Below are positions 47,337-60,800 of a stretch of 64,000 nucleotides of DNA, piece after piece. This stretch comes from Selaginella moellendorffii (Eukaryota > Plantae > Lycopodiophyta). The stretch lies in assembly GCF_000143415.4 (NCBI RefSeq), contig NW_003314359.1:467477-531476 (forward strand), given 5' to 3'. How positions within the stretch are numbered: the first letter of the stretch is position 1; every line of letters starts with the position of its first letter. The translations under genes and the position numbers were made by a program. The notes beneath the pieces were generated by a model. The model searched no databases. It worked only from the letters and a program-made list of their open reading frames with translations, and had not been told where the DNA came from.

Positions 47337-47755
47337 GAGCTCTTTAGCTCCTCCAAGGAATGAAAAGCTATGGAGGGAGGGCAAGCATAAATAGGACCGT
47401 CACATGACGCGTACGGCAGCCATGGTTCCGTACGAGTTTGTACGCTAACGTTTGCGCCAGTTTGCGATGCTGGCCAGGCACGAGATAAGTCCCATCTTAC
47501 AATTCGCAAGCCGTACAGGTGTGGCCACCACCGGCCTACGTACGAAACAGCTTTTATGCGGCGCCCCTTCGAAAGCTCCGTGACAATAGCTACAATACAA
47601 TGAATCTATGTGACGACCAGGAGAAAAGTTTATATTCTTCCACTTCGATTCGAGAAGATTCCACTCCACCTAGTAGATTATCCAAAAGCTACCACACTCA
47701 AGCTAACAAATTACCGTATATTTTATAGTACAGACCACTGTGAGCGTGCTCAAGC

Positions 47756-49082
47756 TCAAACATGCCGCAATGCAGCTAGCCTTTGCTCCAGATCGTCCAC
47801 TCCGGAGCTAAACAACAGCAAAAAGGAAAAAAAGGTGAGTTTTTCCCTTCGTTTTCTTTCGAGAAGAGAGTCGAGAGAACGAGAATTACCTTCCTAAAGT
47901 TTGAGATCTCGTTTTGCTGGCTTTTCCCCTGGGAGCCGACGATAGCTGTGCTGCGATGTCCACTCCAATCTCGTCGAGTACCTGGTCGGTTTGTGAGAAA
48001 GAGTGGGGGAACGAAGCTCAAGTGATTTGTGTACCTGGTTTGTGAGCTCGTCGGTCTCCTCCTCGGCATCGTCATTGTCTAGTGCATCGTCGATGGAATC
48101 CGACATCATCTCGGTCTGGGAAAGCGATGGAAGAATAAAAGAAAGAATTTTAACCGCTCGCTATGCAGCATCAAAGAAAACAGGAAATGTACCGTCATGT
48201 CCATTTTCGCGGACTGCCGCTGGAACTCTTGCATTACTTTAGCTTGCTTCGAAGGCTCCATTTTCTGCGAGATGAAAGAAAGCAACTTAGCAAAGCTGGA
48301 AGCCATAGCCGAAAGCAAGAAAAACTAGAAACTCTGGACGACACGAAAAGGAAGAAGAACTAAACTTAAAATTCTCAGAGGAGGAAGAAGTATCTATCTG
48401 ACCGACCTTATTCATGGCTTCCATGGCTTTATTAGCTCCTTTCATTGCTCCACCAACAGCAGTATTCGCGTACATAGCCTGGAACAAGCAATCAATCCAT
48501 CAACAGTCGGTGGCTCAAAACTTAGACATCTTGAATCTTCTGTTCTTTCTCAGCTGCTAACCTGAGTGTGTGTGGCAACACCCCGCATTTGTGCCCGGCT
48601 TCCCTGAAGCTTTGCTATTTGCTGCCGAAGCCTGATAAGTTGCCTGGCAAGGATTTTCACTGCTGCCTGCTCGATCCCATTACACAAACACACATTAAAA
48701 CTTCTTCCAGAGAACTGTAAGAGCAAGTACCTCATTTCCACTCTTGGCAGTCTTCTTAATCTCGGCCACAAGCTTCTTCTCCTGGACAAATTCAAGGCTC
48801 AAATCCACCGTGAACAAGGGAAAAAGCCATTGTTTCCTGGCCAAAGTTTCATACCTCGAGCTGCAGGCTCCCAATCTCTCGCTCAATCCCTGGATTTCCC
48901 AATGTCAGCGACATCCGGACAAGGAAAACCCCAAATACCTCGTGTCGCCACCGCCATCTCCCGCTTGCTCGTCCGCAACGCATCTGAAATCCAGAGGCTA
49001 GGTCAGAGAAGAGCGCGTGGGAACGAGAAAACAATGTGGCTCCACCTTTGGCAGTGGTCTTCTTCTTGAAAAACTTGAGCAT
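47756..49082 (-). CDS. VPS2: ESCRT-III subunit VPS2.3-like (CHMP2B type)
   Basis: ILARQLIRLRQQIAKLQGSRAQMRG, MMSDSIDDALDND, C-terminal DDLEQRLAALR (MIM1). Confidence 0.92.
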
Positions 49083-49338
49083 CTTCGACGAGGATCTCTA
49101 GAAACCCTAAATCCCAACCCTTTGCTGGCACAAAGTTACCGTTGATAGCCAATCTCAGCCGTCAAACGCCCCCACTAAGATTCTGTACAGATCAACGCCA
49201 TCGATGTAGTCAAACAAGCTATCGATTAATTTTGCCAAAGATTTGCTTCAAAATGCAAGAATATAACATTTTTGTTTAATAGAAAAGAAGAATAAGAGCT
49301 AGAATAGCTAGATAGCTAAGCAGCAAAGCCTACTTACA

Positions 49339-51005
49339 TTAGATCTTTTTAATAATCTGAACCACGTCTTCATCGTCTAGCTCGTGCTCCTGGAACAAAG
49401 GCAGAGGTTTTCTAAACGATCGAGGCGCAAAAACAAAGAAGAACATCTAACATACCTTTCCTACACGTTGCGGCTTGTGTTTCGCACTAGATCCCCAGAC
49501 TAACGCGCTGGAAGACGCAGACAAGCGCGTTTTAATCAGCTCCAAAGATTTCAGAGATGTGCGTGGATACTTACTACTTGAATTGTTTGAGCATGTCCTT
49601 GTGGATTCTCAGGCAAAAGTCCTCCACGGTGCGCTTCTTCGCTGAAAGTATAACCGGATCCTCGTAGTCCGGACTCATGGCCTTCGGTTTCGTGTACACT
49701 CTCACCAAGTCCAAGTACTCCCAGACTTTTTCCAAGAGTCCATCCAAGTTCCACTCCAGATGTGCACTATGGAAACAGGAAAACTTTAGAGCCGGCGACA
49801 TTTTTGCAAGAAAACCGAGCTCACCTCACTGGACAGTAATGCGGCAGCTTATCCAGAATCTCGAGCTCTTCCAACGTGACCTGATCAATCTTGTTGACGG
49901 CATAGACGCAGGGTATGTACATGCGATTCCCTTCAATGACGTCGATCAGATCATCTGCAGTGGCATCGTATCTCAGCGACACGTCCGCGTTGTGTATCCT
50001 GTATTCCCCGCAGATTGCCTTCACCGTTTCCAGGTCCAGGAGCGTGTTTGAAACAGTAGATGTGAAGTTTATGCCTCCTTTGTCTTTCCTCCTGAACGTA
50101 AGATTTGGTGGTTCTTTATTGAGCCTGAAAACGAACACAGACATTCTTAGGCAATGAAGAGAGAGAGAATCAAGAAAGCAAAGCAAGCTTGCCTTATTCC
50201 AAATCCTTCGAGCTCTTTCTCGATGAGCCTCTTGTGTGTAATGGGCTTGATTGCGTCCAGAACTATGATGATGCAGTTGCAAGTTCTTGCGGTACTGATA
50301 ACCTGCCAGGACAAAGACATTTGAATAGCTCTTCATAGCAATATTCTCAAAAAATTCACCTTACCTGGCGACCTCGTCCTTTTCCATCTTTTGCACCTTC
50401 GATGATACCAGGGAGATCAAGAAGCTGGAAAGAAAAGATTAGAGTTACACATAACGTTTTTAAGTTTGGCCAAGAAACAAACTATCCACACCTGGATCTT
50501 TGCTCCCCGGTACTTGATCACACCAGGAATGCAAGTAAGAGTTGTGAATTCGTAAGAAGCAACCTACAAGAAAAAACACACAAGAAAGCTCAGCGAGAAA
50601 GACAAGTAAAAGAAAACTAGCAAAGCGAGAAGTACCTCAGAGAAAGTTCCCGTTAGCTTGTTCAAGAGTGTCGACTTCCCGACGGAAGGAAATCCAACGA
50701 GTCCCACACGCGAATCTCCACTCTTGGTCACGTCGAATCCCTCTCCAGCTCCACCGCCTCCTTTGGAAGTCGGGGCCAAAATCTCCCTTCTCAGTTTCGC
50801 GAGCTTTGCCTACACGCCCGGATCATCACATTGGAACTGTGTATAGCGCATTTACCTTGAGCAGTCCCAGATGGTGCGCTGTGGCCTTGTTCTTTTGAGT
50901 CCTCGCCATCTACGCAAACAAGAAACCATCGATCGGGCGACCAATGCAGCCGAGAAAGCGCACCTCATCTTCGATGTCCTTGATCTTCTGCATCACGGTC
51001 GCCAT
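49339..51005 (-). CDS. DRG: Developmentally regulated GTP-binding protein (DRG1/Rbg1 type)
   Basis: [57 protein letters not shown] end [11 protein letters not shown]. Confidence 0.95.
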
Positions 51006-51128
51006 GGCGCCCGCCTCTCCTCGCTCGTTCCTCTCGCGCAAATATTTAGGGTTCTTCCAGACCTATCGTTACTTAACCAGCATTTAAAAAAAATTCGTTT
51101 TCCTTCCATCAAAACTTTGTAACAAGAG

Positions 51129-52804
51129 TCACGAGCCTGTGTCCATTGGATAGCATCCCAAAACACGCATGAATGGAGCAATCTCCTGAGAGAAAACAAG
51201 AGAAACGGGAACTTTAGCTTGGATCGAGTGAACTCGATACGAACCTGTAAGTGGCCGAGAGCGTTTTGTGCTCTTGGGTCCGCCATAGATGCTTGAAAGT
51301 CTATGTAAAACAAGTAGTCGAAGTACCTGATGGAAGAGAAAAGCATGTAAGACATGGAAAAGAGTTTGTTTCTCAGTACAGACTTGGCTACTCCGGTGTT
51401 GCTATCGTCCACAATCCTCAGTGGTTTCTTCCGCTGCGGTCTGCTCTCTATCTGCAGAGACAATGTAAACGAAGAGAAAAGATAAGCAAAAGATGTACCT
51501 TGGTAAGATTTATATCTCGCAGCGCAAACACTGCAAGCGCCTTAAACAGGACACCCGGCCCCTCTTCAAGTGTAAACACAACACTTGTCTTACACAACGA
51601 AACAATTGGATAAGATTGTTAAAAATCCAACGCTGGCTACCTTGAACGGACGATCATTCCTTGGAATGACAGGATCCCTTGCCAGCATTAAGAAACGAGT
51701 GATGTTATCGGAGTCATCCTGTTTTGGTTTTGAGACGATTAAAACGAAAAAACCCGAATGAAAATTCTACCTGTATGCCTTCGGCTAAAACGTCAAGCCC
51801 GTATATCTGAGCTGCTCGGGCACTGGCAACTGCCCCTGCATCTCTCAAGTTATTTTGCGAGACATACTGGAGCACGGAAGCATAGAAAGTAAGAAACAAT
51901 ACTCCAAATAAAAAGGATGCCTTGCCTGGGCTGCTCCGGCCGTGTCGTCGACTGCCTCGCGTGTAACTCCCAGCTTAGACAGTGTCTGCTCACACTGCGC
52001 TAGAGCCTGAAGAAAAACCTCAAGACCAAAATAAACAACGCTAGAGAAGTACAACTAACTTGAGAGTGACTAAGGACGCGCTTCAGCTCCTCTGTCTTGA
52101 CGCCGGGAAGGCCCAAGAGGCAATGGTTAACTGGGAACTGCACTTCACCCACAATATGTAGCCGGTGGCGTAGCAGAAGGTCGTAGTTACGATGAATGCT
52201 TCCTCCTAGCGAGTTCTCAATCGGTAGCACCGCCCTGTCCACCAGCCAGAGTTCCACAGCCTACCTCCAAAGTTTAGAGCCATACAACACTAAGAACAAT
52301 GCAAACCTGGAATGCACTGTCGAACTGCTCGCAAGGGACGGCTTCGCAATTCGGATAAGCCTTACAAGCGGCAGCTTCACTGTAGGCACCAGGCACGCCC
52401 TGCAAGCCGAGCCAAGTGATTGAGGACAAGAAAAACGAAAAAGACTACCTGATAAGCAACTCGTAACTTGGACCCTTGTCCAGGCGATGTCAAGCTTGTC
52501 ACAGAAAGAGGCCCTGGAACAGCACAAAGAGTTCGGATAGGAATGTAGCAAAAGGTCACTCACTTGGCAGCGTATCCAGCTCAAATCTGGGCTCCATGTC
52601 GGGCTTGGAGTCCTGTTGCTGACTAACACAGGCTCCCCGGACGAGCTGACGCTGGCCCGAGACGCAACGGTAATTCTCTTGCCTGCGAGCTTCCATGGAG
52701 ACCCAACAAGGCCATGCAGAGGAAGAACAAGACGAGGAAGACGATACTATTTGAGATGGGCCACAGTGAGTAATAATACCCTTTGGATGGAGGGCAATGG
52801 CCAT
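51129..52804 (-). CDS. ADT: Arogenate/prephenate dehydratase (intron-rich ADT1/ADT2 type), plastid-targeted
   Basis: [74 protein letters not shown]. Confidence 0.95.
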
Positions 52805-53010
52805 GAGCAAAATATTCCTACACGAATCAAAATAGTCAAGACAGCAGAGACAAAGAGAAGTCTCTTACCTCGCATCAAATAGTTTCTTCGCCGATCCTCG
52901 CGCGCATCGAATGATGCATCTGTTCCAACCGGGAGTTAGAAGGAGAACGATGGTGGAAGAGGTGTGTCTTACCAGCGCTCTCCCTCCCAGCGACCAAGAA
53001 CCCTAATTCT

Positions 53011-55044
53011 TCATCTTGCGAGCATTAGATATGGGGCTGCGTTCGTCGGATCCAGCTTCCTGGCCGCCTCGGCCGCCCGCGCCGGATCGCAATGGATCTT
53101 GGAAGATCCCAGCAGGCTCGTCCAGGTAGCGTCGTTGGGAGAATGAGGCATCCCCCTGAGCAGTTCCTCCGCGTCGCCGAGCTTCCCTGCCCGCCCCAGC
53201 GCGTCCAACACGCAGTGGTAGTGCTCCACGCCCGGAATCACGCCGAAATCCACGATCATCGAGCACAGGCAGCGCTTGGCGCCCTGGACGAGGCCGATGT
53301 AGCTGCACGCCGCCAGCGCGCCGATGAAGCTCACGCCATCCGGCGCCAATCCCTCGGCACACATCTCGCGGAGGATTTCCAGCGCCTCGCGGAGATTCCC
53401 GTTCTGGGCAAACGCTTGAATGACCCCATTCCAGGACACCGCATTGGGACATGGCATTCGATCAAGAACCATCCTGGCCGTTGCCAGGCCGCCGTTGATG
53501 GCCTCGCCGTGGATCAGAGCCGTCCACGCCACCACGTCGCGCTCGCAGTCCATCCTCCAGAAGGCCCTCCTCGCGTCCTCCAGATGCCCGCTCCCGGCAT
53601 AAGCCGCGACCATGGCCGTCCACGTCACCACGTCCTTCTCCGCCGTCCGATCGAAGAGCCAGCCGGCCAGCTCCACATCGGACGACGCCGCGGCGATCAT
53701 CGCGTTCCACGAGACCGAGTTCCACTCGGGCATGGCGTCCAGGAGCCCTAGCGCGTGATCGAGGTTTCCAGCCATGGCGTGCGCGGACACCATGGCGCTC
53801 ATCGATGCGAGGTTCTTGGCCGGCATTCTCGCGAAGATCTCTTCCGCGCGGGCGATTTGCCCCGCGCAGGTGTACGCACCCAGGATCGCGTTCCAGGAGA
53901 GGGAATCGTGCTCGGGCATGGCGTCGAAGATCAATCGCGCTTGCTCGACCGCTCCATCCGACGCTTGCGCCTGGAGGATCGTGTTCCAGGAGACGATGTC
54001 GCGCTGCGGCATTTTCTTGAAGATCTTGGCGGCCTCGTGAAGATTTCCGGCCTGGGCAAGCGCCGCAATTGCCAGATTCCAGGAGACTGTGTCGCGGGCG
54101 GGCATCTTGTAGAAGATCGACATCGCGGTGCGGTGGTTGCCGCTGTGGCTGAATCCGGAGATCATTGTGTTCCAGGAAATCAAGCTCGTCAGTGGCATTC
54201 GTGAGAAGAGCTCTAGCGCTAGATCCAGATGCCCGGCTTGGGCATATGCTCCAAGCATGCAATTCCAGGAAACTAGATCTGGATGTGGGATCTGATCAAA
54301 CACTTTCCTTGCCCTCTCGATCTGGCCGCGCTGGGAAATCGCAGTGAGAATCGTGTTCCAGGAGATTATGTTGATTTCTGGCATGGAATCAAACGTTCTT
54401 TTGGCGCTATCAAGGTCTCCGTCCTGGGCAAACGCTTGGATCATCGCGGTTCTTGAGACGATATCCGGGGCCGGGGATCGATTGAAGAGATCAATCGCTT
54501 GCTCGAGATCTCCGGCAGTGACGCACGCCTGGATCATCACATTCCAAGACACCGCGTCCCGATCGGCCATGGCATCGAAAAACTCTCTGGCGCGATCGAA
54601 ATCCCCGCCGGTGGAGTACGCCCGGAGCATCGTGTTGCTCGACACTAGATCCCTCCTGGGCATCGCCAAGAACAGCGACTCTGCCTCTTGGATCTCCCCC
54701 CGATCGGCGTAGGCCTTGATCAGGGAATTCCCGGCCACGGCATCTTGCTGCGGCATCTGGTGGAAGAGATCGCGCGCGCGCTGGAGCTGGCCATTGCGGA
54801 TCAGGGCCGCGATCATGAGATTCCAGCTGAAGGAGTTCTTGGCAGCGGTGGCGGAGAAGAGCGCCGCCGCCTCCTCCACGGCGCCGCAGCGGCCATACAT
54901 CTCGACGAGGAGATTGGCGAGGAAGACATTGGAGTAGAGAGCGCCATCGCGGAGGATCCGAGCGTGGAGCTCGCGGCCCAGCGAGAGATCCCTAGCATGG
55001 CCGCAGTGCCTGATCGAGTCGGGCAAGCTTGGCGGCGGCGGCAT
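53011..55044 (-). CDS. PPR protein dominated by tandem 31-aa S-type repeats, with truncated E domain
   Basis: Many consecutive D.VSWN.MI.AYAQ.G....A..IF..MP units; HYHCVLDALGRAG. Confidence 0.92.
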   Translation of the reverse strand: MPPPPSLPDSIRHCGHARDLSLGRELHARILRDGALYSNVFLANLLVEMYGRCGAVEEAAALFSATAAKNSFSWNLMIAALIRNGQLQRARDLFHQMPQQDAVAGNSLIKAYADRGEIQEAESLFLAMPRRDLVSSNTMLRAYSTGGDFDRAREFFDAMADRDAVSWNVMIQACVTAGDLEQAIDLFNRSPAPDIVSRTAMIQAFAQDGDLDSAKRTFDSMPEINIISWNTILTAISQRGQIERARKVFDQIPHPDLVSWNCMLGAYAQAGHLDLALELFSRMPLTSLISWNTMISGFSHSGNHRTAMSIFYKMPARDTVSWNLAIAALAQAGNLHEAAKIFKKMPQRDIVSWNTILQAQASDGAVEQARLIFDAMPEHDSLSWNAILGAYTCAGQIARAEEIFARMPAKNLASMSAMVSAHAMAGNLDHALGLLDAMPEWNSVSWNAMIAAASSDVELAGWLFDRTAEKDVVTWTAMVAAYAGSGHLEDARRAFWRMDCERDVVAWTALIHGEAINGGLATARMVLDRMPCPNAVSWNGVIQAFAQNGNLREALEILREMCAEGLAPDGVSFIGALAACSYIGLVQGAKRCLCSMIVDFGVIPGVEHYHCVLDALGRAGKLGDAEELLRGMPHSPNDATWTSLLGSSKIHCDPARAAEAARKLDPTNAAPYLMLAR

Positions 55045-55140
55045 TTCCGGATGGGATTCGAACCATGGCGTCCTTTAGCCCTTGGAGAGGAGATTTTTAG
55101 GGTTTATAGCTTTAGGGCAGAGAGGATGAGATGAGAGACG

Positions 55141-56798
55141 ATGGAGCTCGGCAGCGTCGTGGAGCTCAGCTCGTCGGATGAGAATGACGATTTTCTCCTG
55201 CCGATGAAGCGCACTGCTATCGCTCCCGATGACGATGACGACGACGATGTGATTATTATCGAGAAGTCGCAGTGCACGGCGGCAACCCGGCGCTCCTCCT
55301 CCAGGCGGCCTCCGCGGAAGATCGAGGCGCTGGTCGAGGATGATTTCGAGTGCTGTATCGTGGCTAGCGCTTCCAACTCCAGGCTATTCCAGGCGGTGGA
55401 TGTGGATGGGGACGAATTGGTGGTCACTGGAGAAACTGGACCGGTAAGTTCACGATGATCTAGAGTTTTTCTTCGCTGTTCTTGTGTTCTTGTTTTTTCA
55501 CCGATTGTTTTGTTCTAAAGGAAGGAATGGGCTTTGTAGGTGGCATGCAGGGATTTTCCTCACGCTCGACATCTTTGCGTGCGTTTTCCTTTCAGTGCTA
55601 CGCCACACATAGACTTCTGTGAACAAGTAAGTGCCGGATTAAACTTTCTTCCTGGACGAACTCGACACTTATAGATCATCAATCCATTTTTCTTTTTTCT
55701 TTTTTTTTTTCTTCTTTGTTCTAGTGCCACTGCTTTGTTTGCGACACATTAGCACCCTGTGCTTACTGGTCGACTCACTGCGACGCTTCCGACAAGGAAG
55801 CTCAGTGGCTGACGATGCGAAAATCGAATAAGACGCCCGAGTTGGCTCTCTTACCGCCGGTTGCGAAGATCCAGAGACCAAGACCACCTCAAGCAACTCA
55901 TGCAAGAAGACTAACAGCAGCGCCACTTCCTCGGCCAACAGTAGTAGCAGCAACAGTGACACGACCACCGCCACCACCTTTAGTACCGCCGCAGTTTCCA
56001 CCATTCGCCTCAAGCCTGGCGAAGCCGCCGGCAGTGGGAACAGCGACCATGTCCGACTATGCTCTGGGCCTCGCGAAGCGAGTTCCCAAAGTCAGGTACT
56101 ACACAACGTCAGGCTCAACGAGCAGTGTGACTAGAAATCTAGGTGGGGTGAGAGGCGTCCGTCCTCCAGCTCCGACGGTGACAGGGAAGAATGCTCCTTC
56201 TAGACAGCCGCCAGGAAGCGCTACCGGCAGTGTTAGACAATTCAGAACAGCGGCGTCCGTGATGGAACAACAGCAAAGTGGTGCTCAGCACTTATCACCA
56301 ACAAGACCGACAAATGGTGGTGTGGTTAGAGCCGACTTAGCATCAACAGCGGCTACAGCAACAGCAACAGCAACAGCAAGAAAAGCAACGGCGTCATCGC
56401 TATCACCAGGGGCACCGACAGCAGGACCGACATTAGGAGGATGGACAGTATCCGCAGCACCGCCATCGATTATGACGGAAGGAGCAGCAGTGGACAAGAA
56501 CAGTGGTGCTTTAAGGCCGGACGCGAGCGCGAGCTCCATCCGGCTGGTGAAGAGGACGGCGAGGCCCACCGCTCAGGCCACCGTCCAGAAGGCACGGACG
56601 CAGCAAACGAAGAAGCGATCTTCCGGCAAAGTGGCGGTCGCCCCTGTGCCGGGTACTACGAGCGCTCCAGCGCAAGTCCTTCCAGCCGCTCACCCGCCGA
56701 CGGTATCGCCGTGCCCGAGCCTCCATAACTTGGTTGGCGGAAGTGGATCCCAGTGCGGGGATTTGGAGAGGATGAGCAGTGGTGGCTTTGGCGGTGGT

Positions 56799-56832
<34 letters not shown>

Positions 56833-56882
56833 ACGAGTACCTTCTCGCCCTGGAAGCTCTTTTCGAGTTAAACCAGCCGTGA
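55141..56882 (+). CDS. RIN13-like Cys/His-rich domain protein with Pro/Ala/Thr-rich tail (3 exons)
   Basis: ELVVTGETG|VACRDFPHARHLCVRFPF..H..FCEQ|CHCFVCD..APC..W..HCDA. Confidence 0.8.
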
Positions 56883-57385
56883 TTCGTAGTCGTCATGAAT
56901 CTTGCTAGTATCGGGCCGCGTGTAAATTTTCACGTGACGCGGAGGTACAAAAATCTCGCTTTTTCTTTCGTGAAAGAAGATTTTGTTCCTTTCTTGCAGC
57001 TATAAACTGGACTGGACAAGCGAAAGTGCGCGCAATCACGTGTCCGCCACGCCAGCTCGTGGATGACGTGGCATTGGGAAGTGGTGCTGACGTGTGCCCT
57101 AGACTTTTTCAAGGGCTTTCCTTTCTTTTTAAAGGGGAGCTGCTAGGCAGTTTGGGAACCAGATTCGACACATGTCTGATATGCTAGGCTTTTCTTTTAC
57201 GGCAGAAATTAAAAACTAGCTTTTTCCAACCTTTTCCGGGTATACTAGTATTTTTTTTTTTGTGCTTGTGTGCCATTGGCTACCTATATATACCTGTTGA
57301 TCCTGTTGGTCGGTGAGTTTCCTGTTAAGATTCGTCTATATCGAGCGAGCTATGGCGAAACAAAAGGAAAGCTCGAGAGAAGTTT

Positions 57386-58868
57386 TTAGCTGCTGGCTTC
57401 CACGGTCGTCTGGACGCTGCGGATGCACGCCTTGCCGTCGAGCTTGGCGTAGAAGCGCTTCTTATAGTCGGAGAAGGTAAACTCCTTGTAGAGTGGAGGG
57501 TGGCTCTCGTCCAGCAGCTCCTCCACCGGCGACACCACCGTGTTGAAGGACGGGTTGTAGAAGAGCGCGATGGAAAGCCTGGGGCACTCCGAGTTGAGCA
57601 CCACCCGGTGCTCGACGCTCTTGTACTTCCCGTTGCTCAAAACCTGCCCAAGGGGGATAAAAAAGATAAAGAATGACATGAGTGCGAGCCAAAGAATAAA
57701 ACCAGATCTCTCTTTTTTGCACTTCTGTCCCTGTATCTTATGCTTGATTCTCTCGGACACAGGGAAGGACTTGAAAATCATTTTACCTGTAGCTGGTCTC
57801 CCACGTTTACAACGAAGGCACCGGGGAGTGGCTTGACAGGAATCCATTGACCGTCGTTGAGCACTTGGAGGCCCGAGGTTGCGTCCTGGAGCAGAATTGT
57901 GATCCCTCCCACGTCGGAATGGCTGCTCAGGCCGAGAGCCAGCGCCGGGTCGGGACAAGGCGGATAGTAATTGAGCAGGAGGAAGCGCTCGTTTGGTGTG
58001 CCGAATGCCGCGTCCAGGAACTCGGGAGAGAGGCCGAGGCTTTCCGAGAGAGCCCGCAATAGTGACTTGCAGAGAGAGCCCACTGCCTCGCTGTAGTTAA
58101 CTGCAGTTTCCCTGGATGTGCAGACAGAAACAGAGTAAGCCTTGGAGCTTTTGTAGAAATGGAGAGAAGCAAAACGGAGGAAAGTGTGGGTGGAGTGAGT
58201 GGCTTGCCTGTAGGAGGGAGGATTCGCCGGCCACGACGAGACGTTTTCTTCCGAGAGAGGATTGCAGGAGTGGCGGAGGTAGTCGCGCCAGTCGAAGGTT
58301 TTGTCCTCGTAAGGATTGAAGCTCGTCCCGTACATTGTCATCTTGGAAGACATGCTGGTGGCGTGATACGCCATCTTCTCCTCCACCGGCAATTCAAAGA
58401 ACTCATAGGCCACTTCTTTCATCTTCTCCGTCGTCGCCACCGGGACTCCGTGATTTGTCACCTGAGAAACAGACAAAAGGTGATTTTGGAGGAAGAGTTA
58501 GATCGGCGGACTGAAAACAACACATGTATATCCTAGCTGGAAGAAACATACAAAACTTTAGATCGCAGACAGCAAGAAAAAACAAGCCTTGGAAGAAAGA
58601 TCCAAACCTGGAAAAATCCCCACTTTTGGCAGGCTTGTCCGATAGCCGCGATGGCCTTGGGCCTGTTGCCACTGTTGCTGAGTTCCCGGAGGTCGATCAC
58701 TGGAATGTCTTGTGTGTCGGGGCAAACTTTGGACTTGCACAAGCGCTGGTGCTCGGGCTGGATATAAATATCCGGGACGATATCCATACCACCATCCACC
58801 AGCACCTTAACACCTCTCAGATATGGACGCTTGTGCTCTACTGTACTGCTCGCGCTCAAAACTCCCAT
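57386..58868 (-). CDS. 2-oxoglutarate/Fe(II) dioxygenase (DOXC class, DMR6/FLS-like), 4 exons
   Basis: IPVIDL, WGFFQV.NHG, DWRDYL, NYYPPCP, HSD..H iron ligands, RLS. Confidence 0.95.
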
Positions 58869-59186
58869 GGCTAGCCTCTTTTACCCTTAACCCTCAACTT
58901 CACACACTCATGCAAGGCTTTGCTCGAACTGCATTTCTGCTTTATAGGCAGGAGAGGCAGGACAAGTCAAAGTATCAGGCCGTATGTCATGTACAGGGAG
59001 ACGTAAAATAAGCGTATAGATATCACTAGAACGTAGAAAACACATAAAAGGAAGAAACTAAATGCATTTGGTAAGAAAGAGAGCGGGCTTACACTGACAT
59101 GTTGATATCCCCTCTCCTTCTCGCCGCAGAAAAGCTATCTTGCGTGGTCTTCTGTGAGCCAGTAGTACACAATCCTGAAAAAAATA

Positions 59187-59213
59187 CAGAGAGAGAGAGG
59201 GAGAGAGGGAGGG

Positions 59214-59244
<31 letters not shown>

Positions 59245-59250
59245 AGGGGA
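59187..59250. repeat. GA-rich microsatellite
   Basis: (GA)n and GGGA runs. Confidence 0.9.
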
Positions 59251-59654
59251 TTAGTTTAATTCTTCGAGGCAAGAGAAGAGTGATCTACTTAAAACTCCAC
59301 TTTCTGTAATCAGCTGTCAGCTCCTCCGGAATCCATGAGATCACCGCTGAGGCAGTGCATGACCCCACCCTGTGAGATCATCCTTGAAAGACCATCCGCT
59401 CGCTCTACACCGTCCAATTGTCTTTCTGGAAAACGAGCAGCGAGAGGATTGGTCTCTCCCGCGAAGAAAATGCGGCACATAGAAAAAGCCTCGACACTTG
59501 AATTTCAAAACCCGGAGAGCGTCCCACCTTTTCTCCATCGATGTAGAAAGGACTGCCTTGACAATGCCGTGCCAACCATCCTTAAAAACCCGAGACCCCC
59601 GAGCTCTCCATTCCAACTAAACTTCCAAAGCTTGCTTCTTCTTCCTTGTTGCTA

Positions 59655-60800
59655 CTATGTCTTTTTCACCAGATCAGCCCCGCTGACAAACTGGGCAACC
59701 ATGGATATGACTCGGATTGAAGCTCCCATCAATGGAGCATCAGAGAATGGAACTGCGGCCATGGAAGTGGCCTCCTCCTTCCTCCCGTCTCCTTCATCAC
59801 CCTGTTTTTCTTCTCCGGCAAGTGGGTGTGACTGATAACGATGAAACACGAGGGAACTTAAAGACGAATCAGGCCATGGCAGTGTCATCAAGGGGGTGGT
59901 GAATGGTGGAGGGGAAGCAGCAGCAGTAATAGCAGGAAAAGTGGAAGGCGGATATTTTTCCGCACATTGTTGTAATTGTCATCCACAGCCACTTGCTCCA
60001 TCCCTTTTCGAGCGGTGGTGGTGGTCTGCATGTCAACTTCATCTTCTGGGGATGCGCTCGTCATCTTCCGAGCAGCCGGAGCCAATCCGATTGATCCGAC
60101 ACTGTGGCCATTTGTCAGCTGACTGATAACCAAGCTTTGGTCGTTCAACTGCAAAAGAAAACAGAAAGCATGACACGAAAAACAACTTACCTACAGAATC
60201 GAAGAAAAAAGAACAAGAGACTTTTCTCGCAGGCCTTTGAAGTTAGCTTGCCATTCTCGGCAACGAGATTCTCCAGCACCGAAGCCGCTGCTGCTTGCTG
60301 GAGTTTTAAATCATCCACCACTGTAGGCTCCTCCTCACAAATGCCGTCCTGGATTGAAAGTCTTGATACACAGAATCCATCACATTTTTTATGCCAACCT
60401 GGGCGTGATCATTTCGATGAGCGCGAGCTTCCAGGTCCAGCAAGCGAGCAGCAACATTGTCTCTTTCCTGTATCAAACTATCCACGCGACCTTGCAAGAA
60501 CTCAATCTTGCATGGCATCCGAGACATATAAAAGAGAGAAAGGACAAATAGACTCCATATCTTTGTGACGAGGCCTTGGATCTCTCCTCGAATGGCCTGC
60601 ATTTCTTGCTGCCAACCATTCTACTAGCACACAGGTGTCGTCGATCCAGGCGCGCCTCCTGGATATTAGCTTGTTTGAGCTCATCAACGCCCGACAGATC
60701 GATCTCATGGCCTGGCTCCTTCTGCACCAGATCCTCGTTAGCATTGCCAGATTTGCCCCCCTGTCTCTCTTTCTTCCATGTATCTAGCTCTAGCATCGTT
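59655..60800 (-). pseudogene. At2g38580-like coiled-coil protein, apparently disrupted
   Basis: ASVLENLVAENGKL and C-terminal VPFSDAPLMGASIRVISMVAQFVSGADL; I could not splice a clean full-length frame. Confidence 0.5.

Noticed and set aside
55050-55065. Reverse B-box GGTTCGAATCCC
   Set aside because: Isolated motif in a PPR leader with no tRNA structure
57290-57310. Resemblance to the 18S rRNA 5' end (tacctgttgatcctg)
   Set aside because: About 15 nt with a mismatch and no continuing homology
59335-59835. 166-aa + strand ORF after the GA repeat
   Set aside because: No recognisable motif, and it overlaps the better-supported minus-strand At2g38580-like C-terminus
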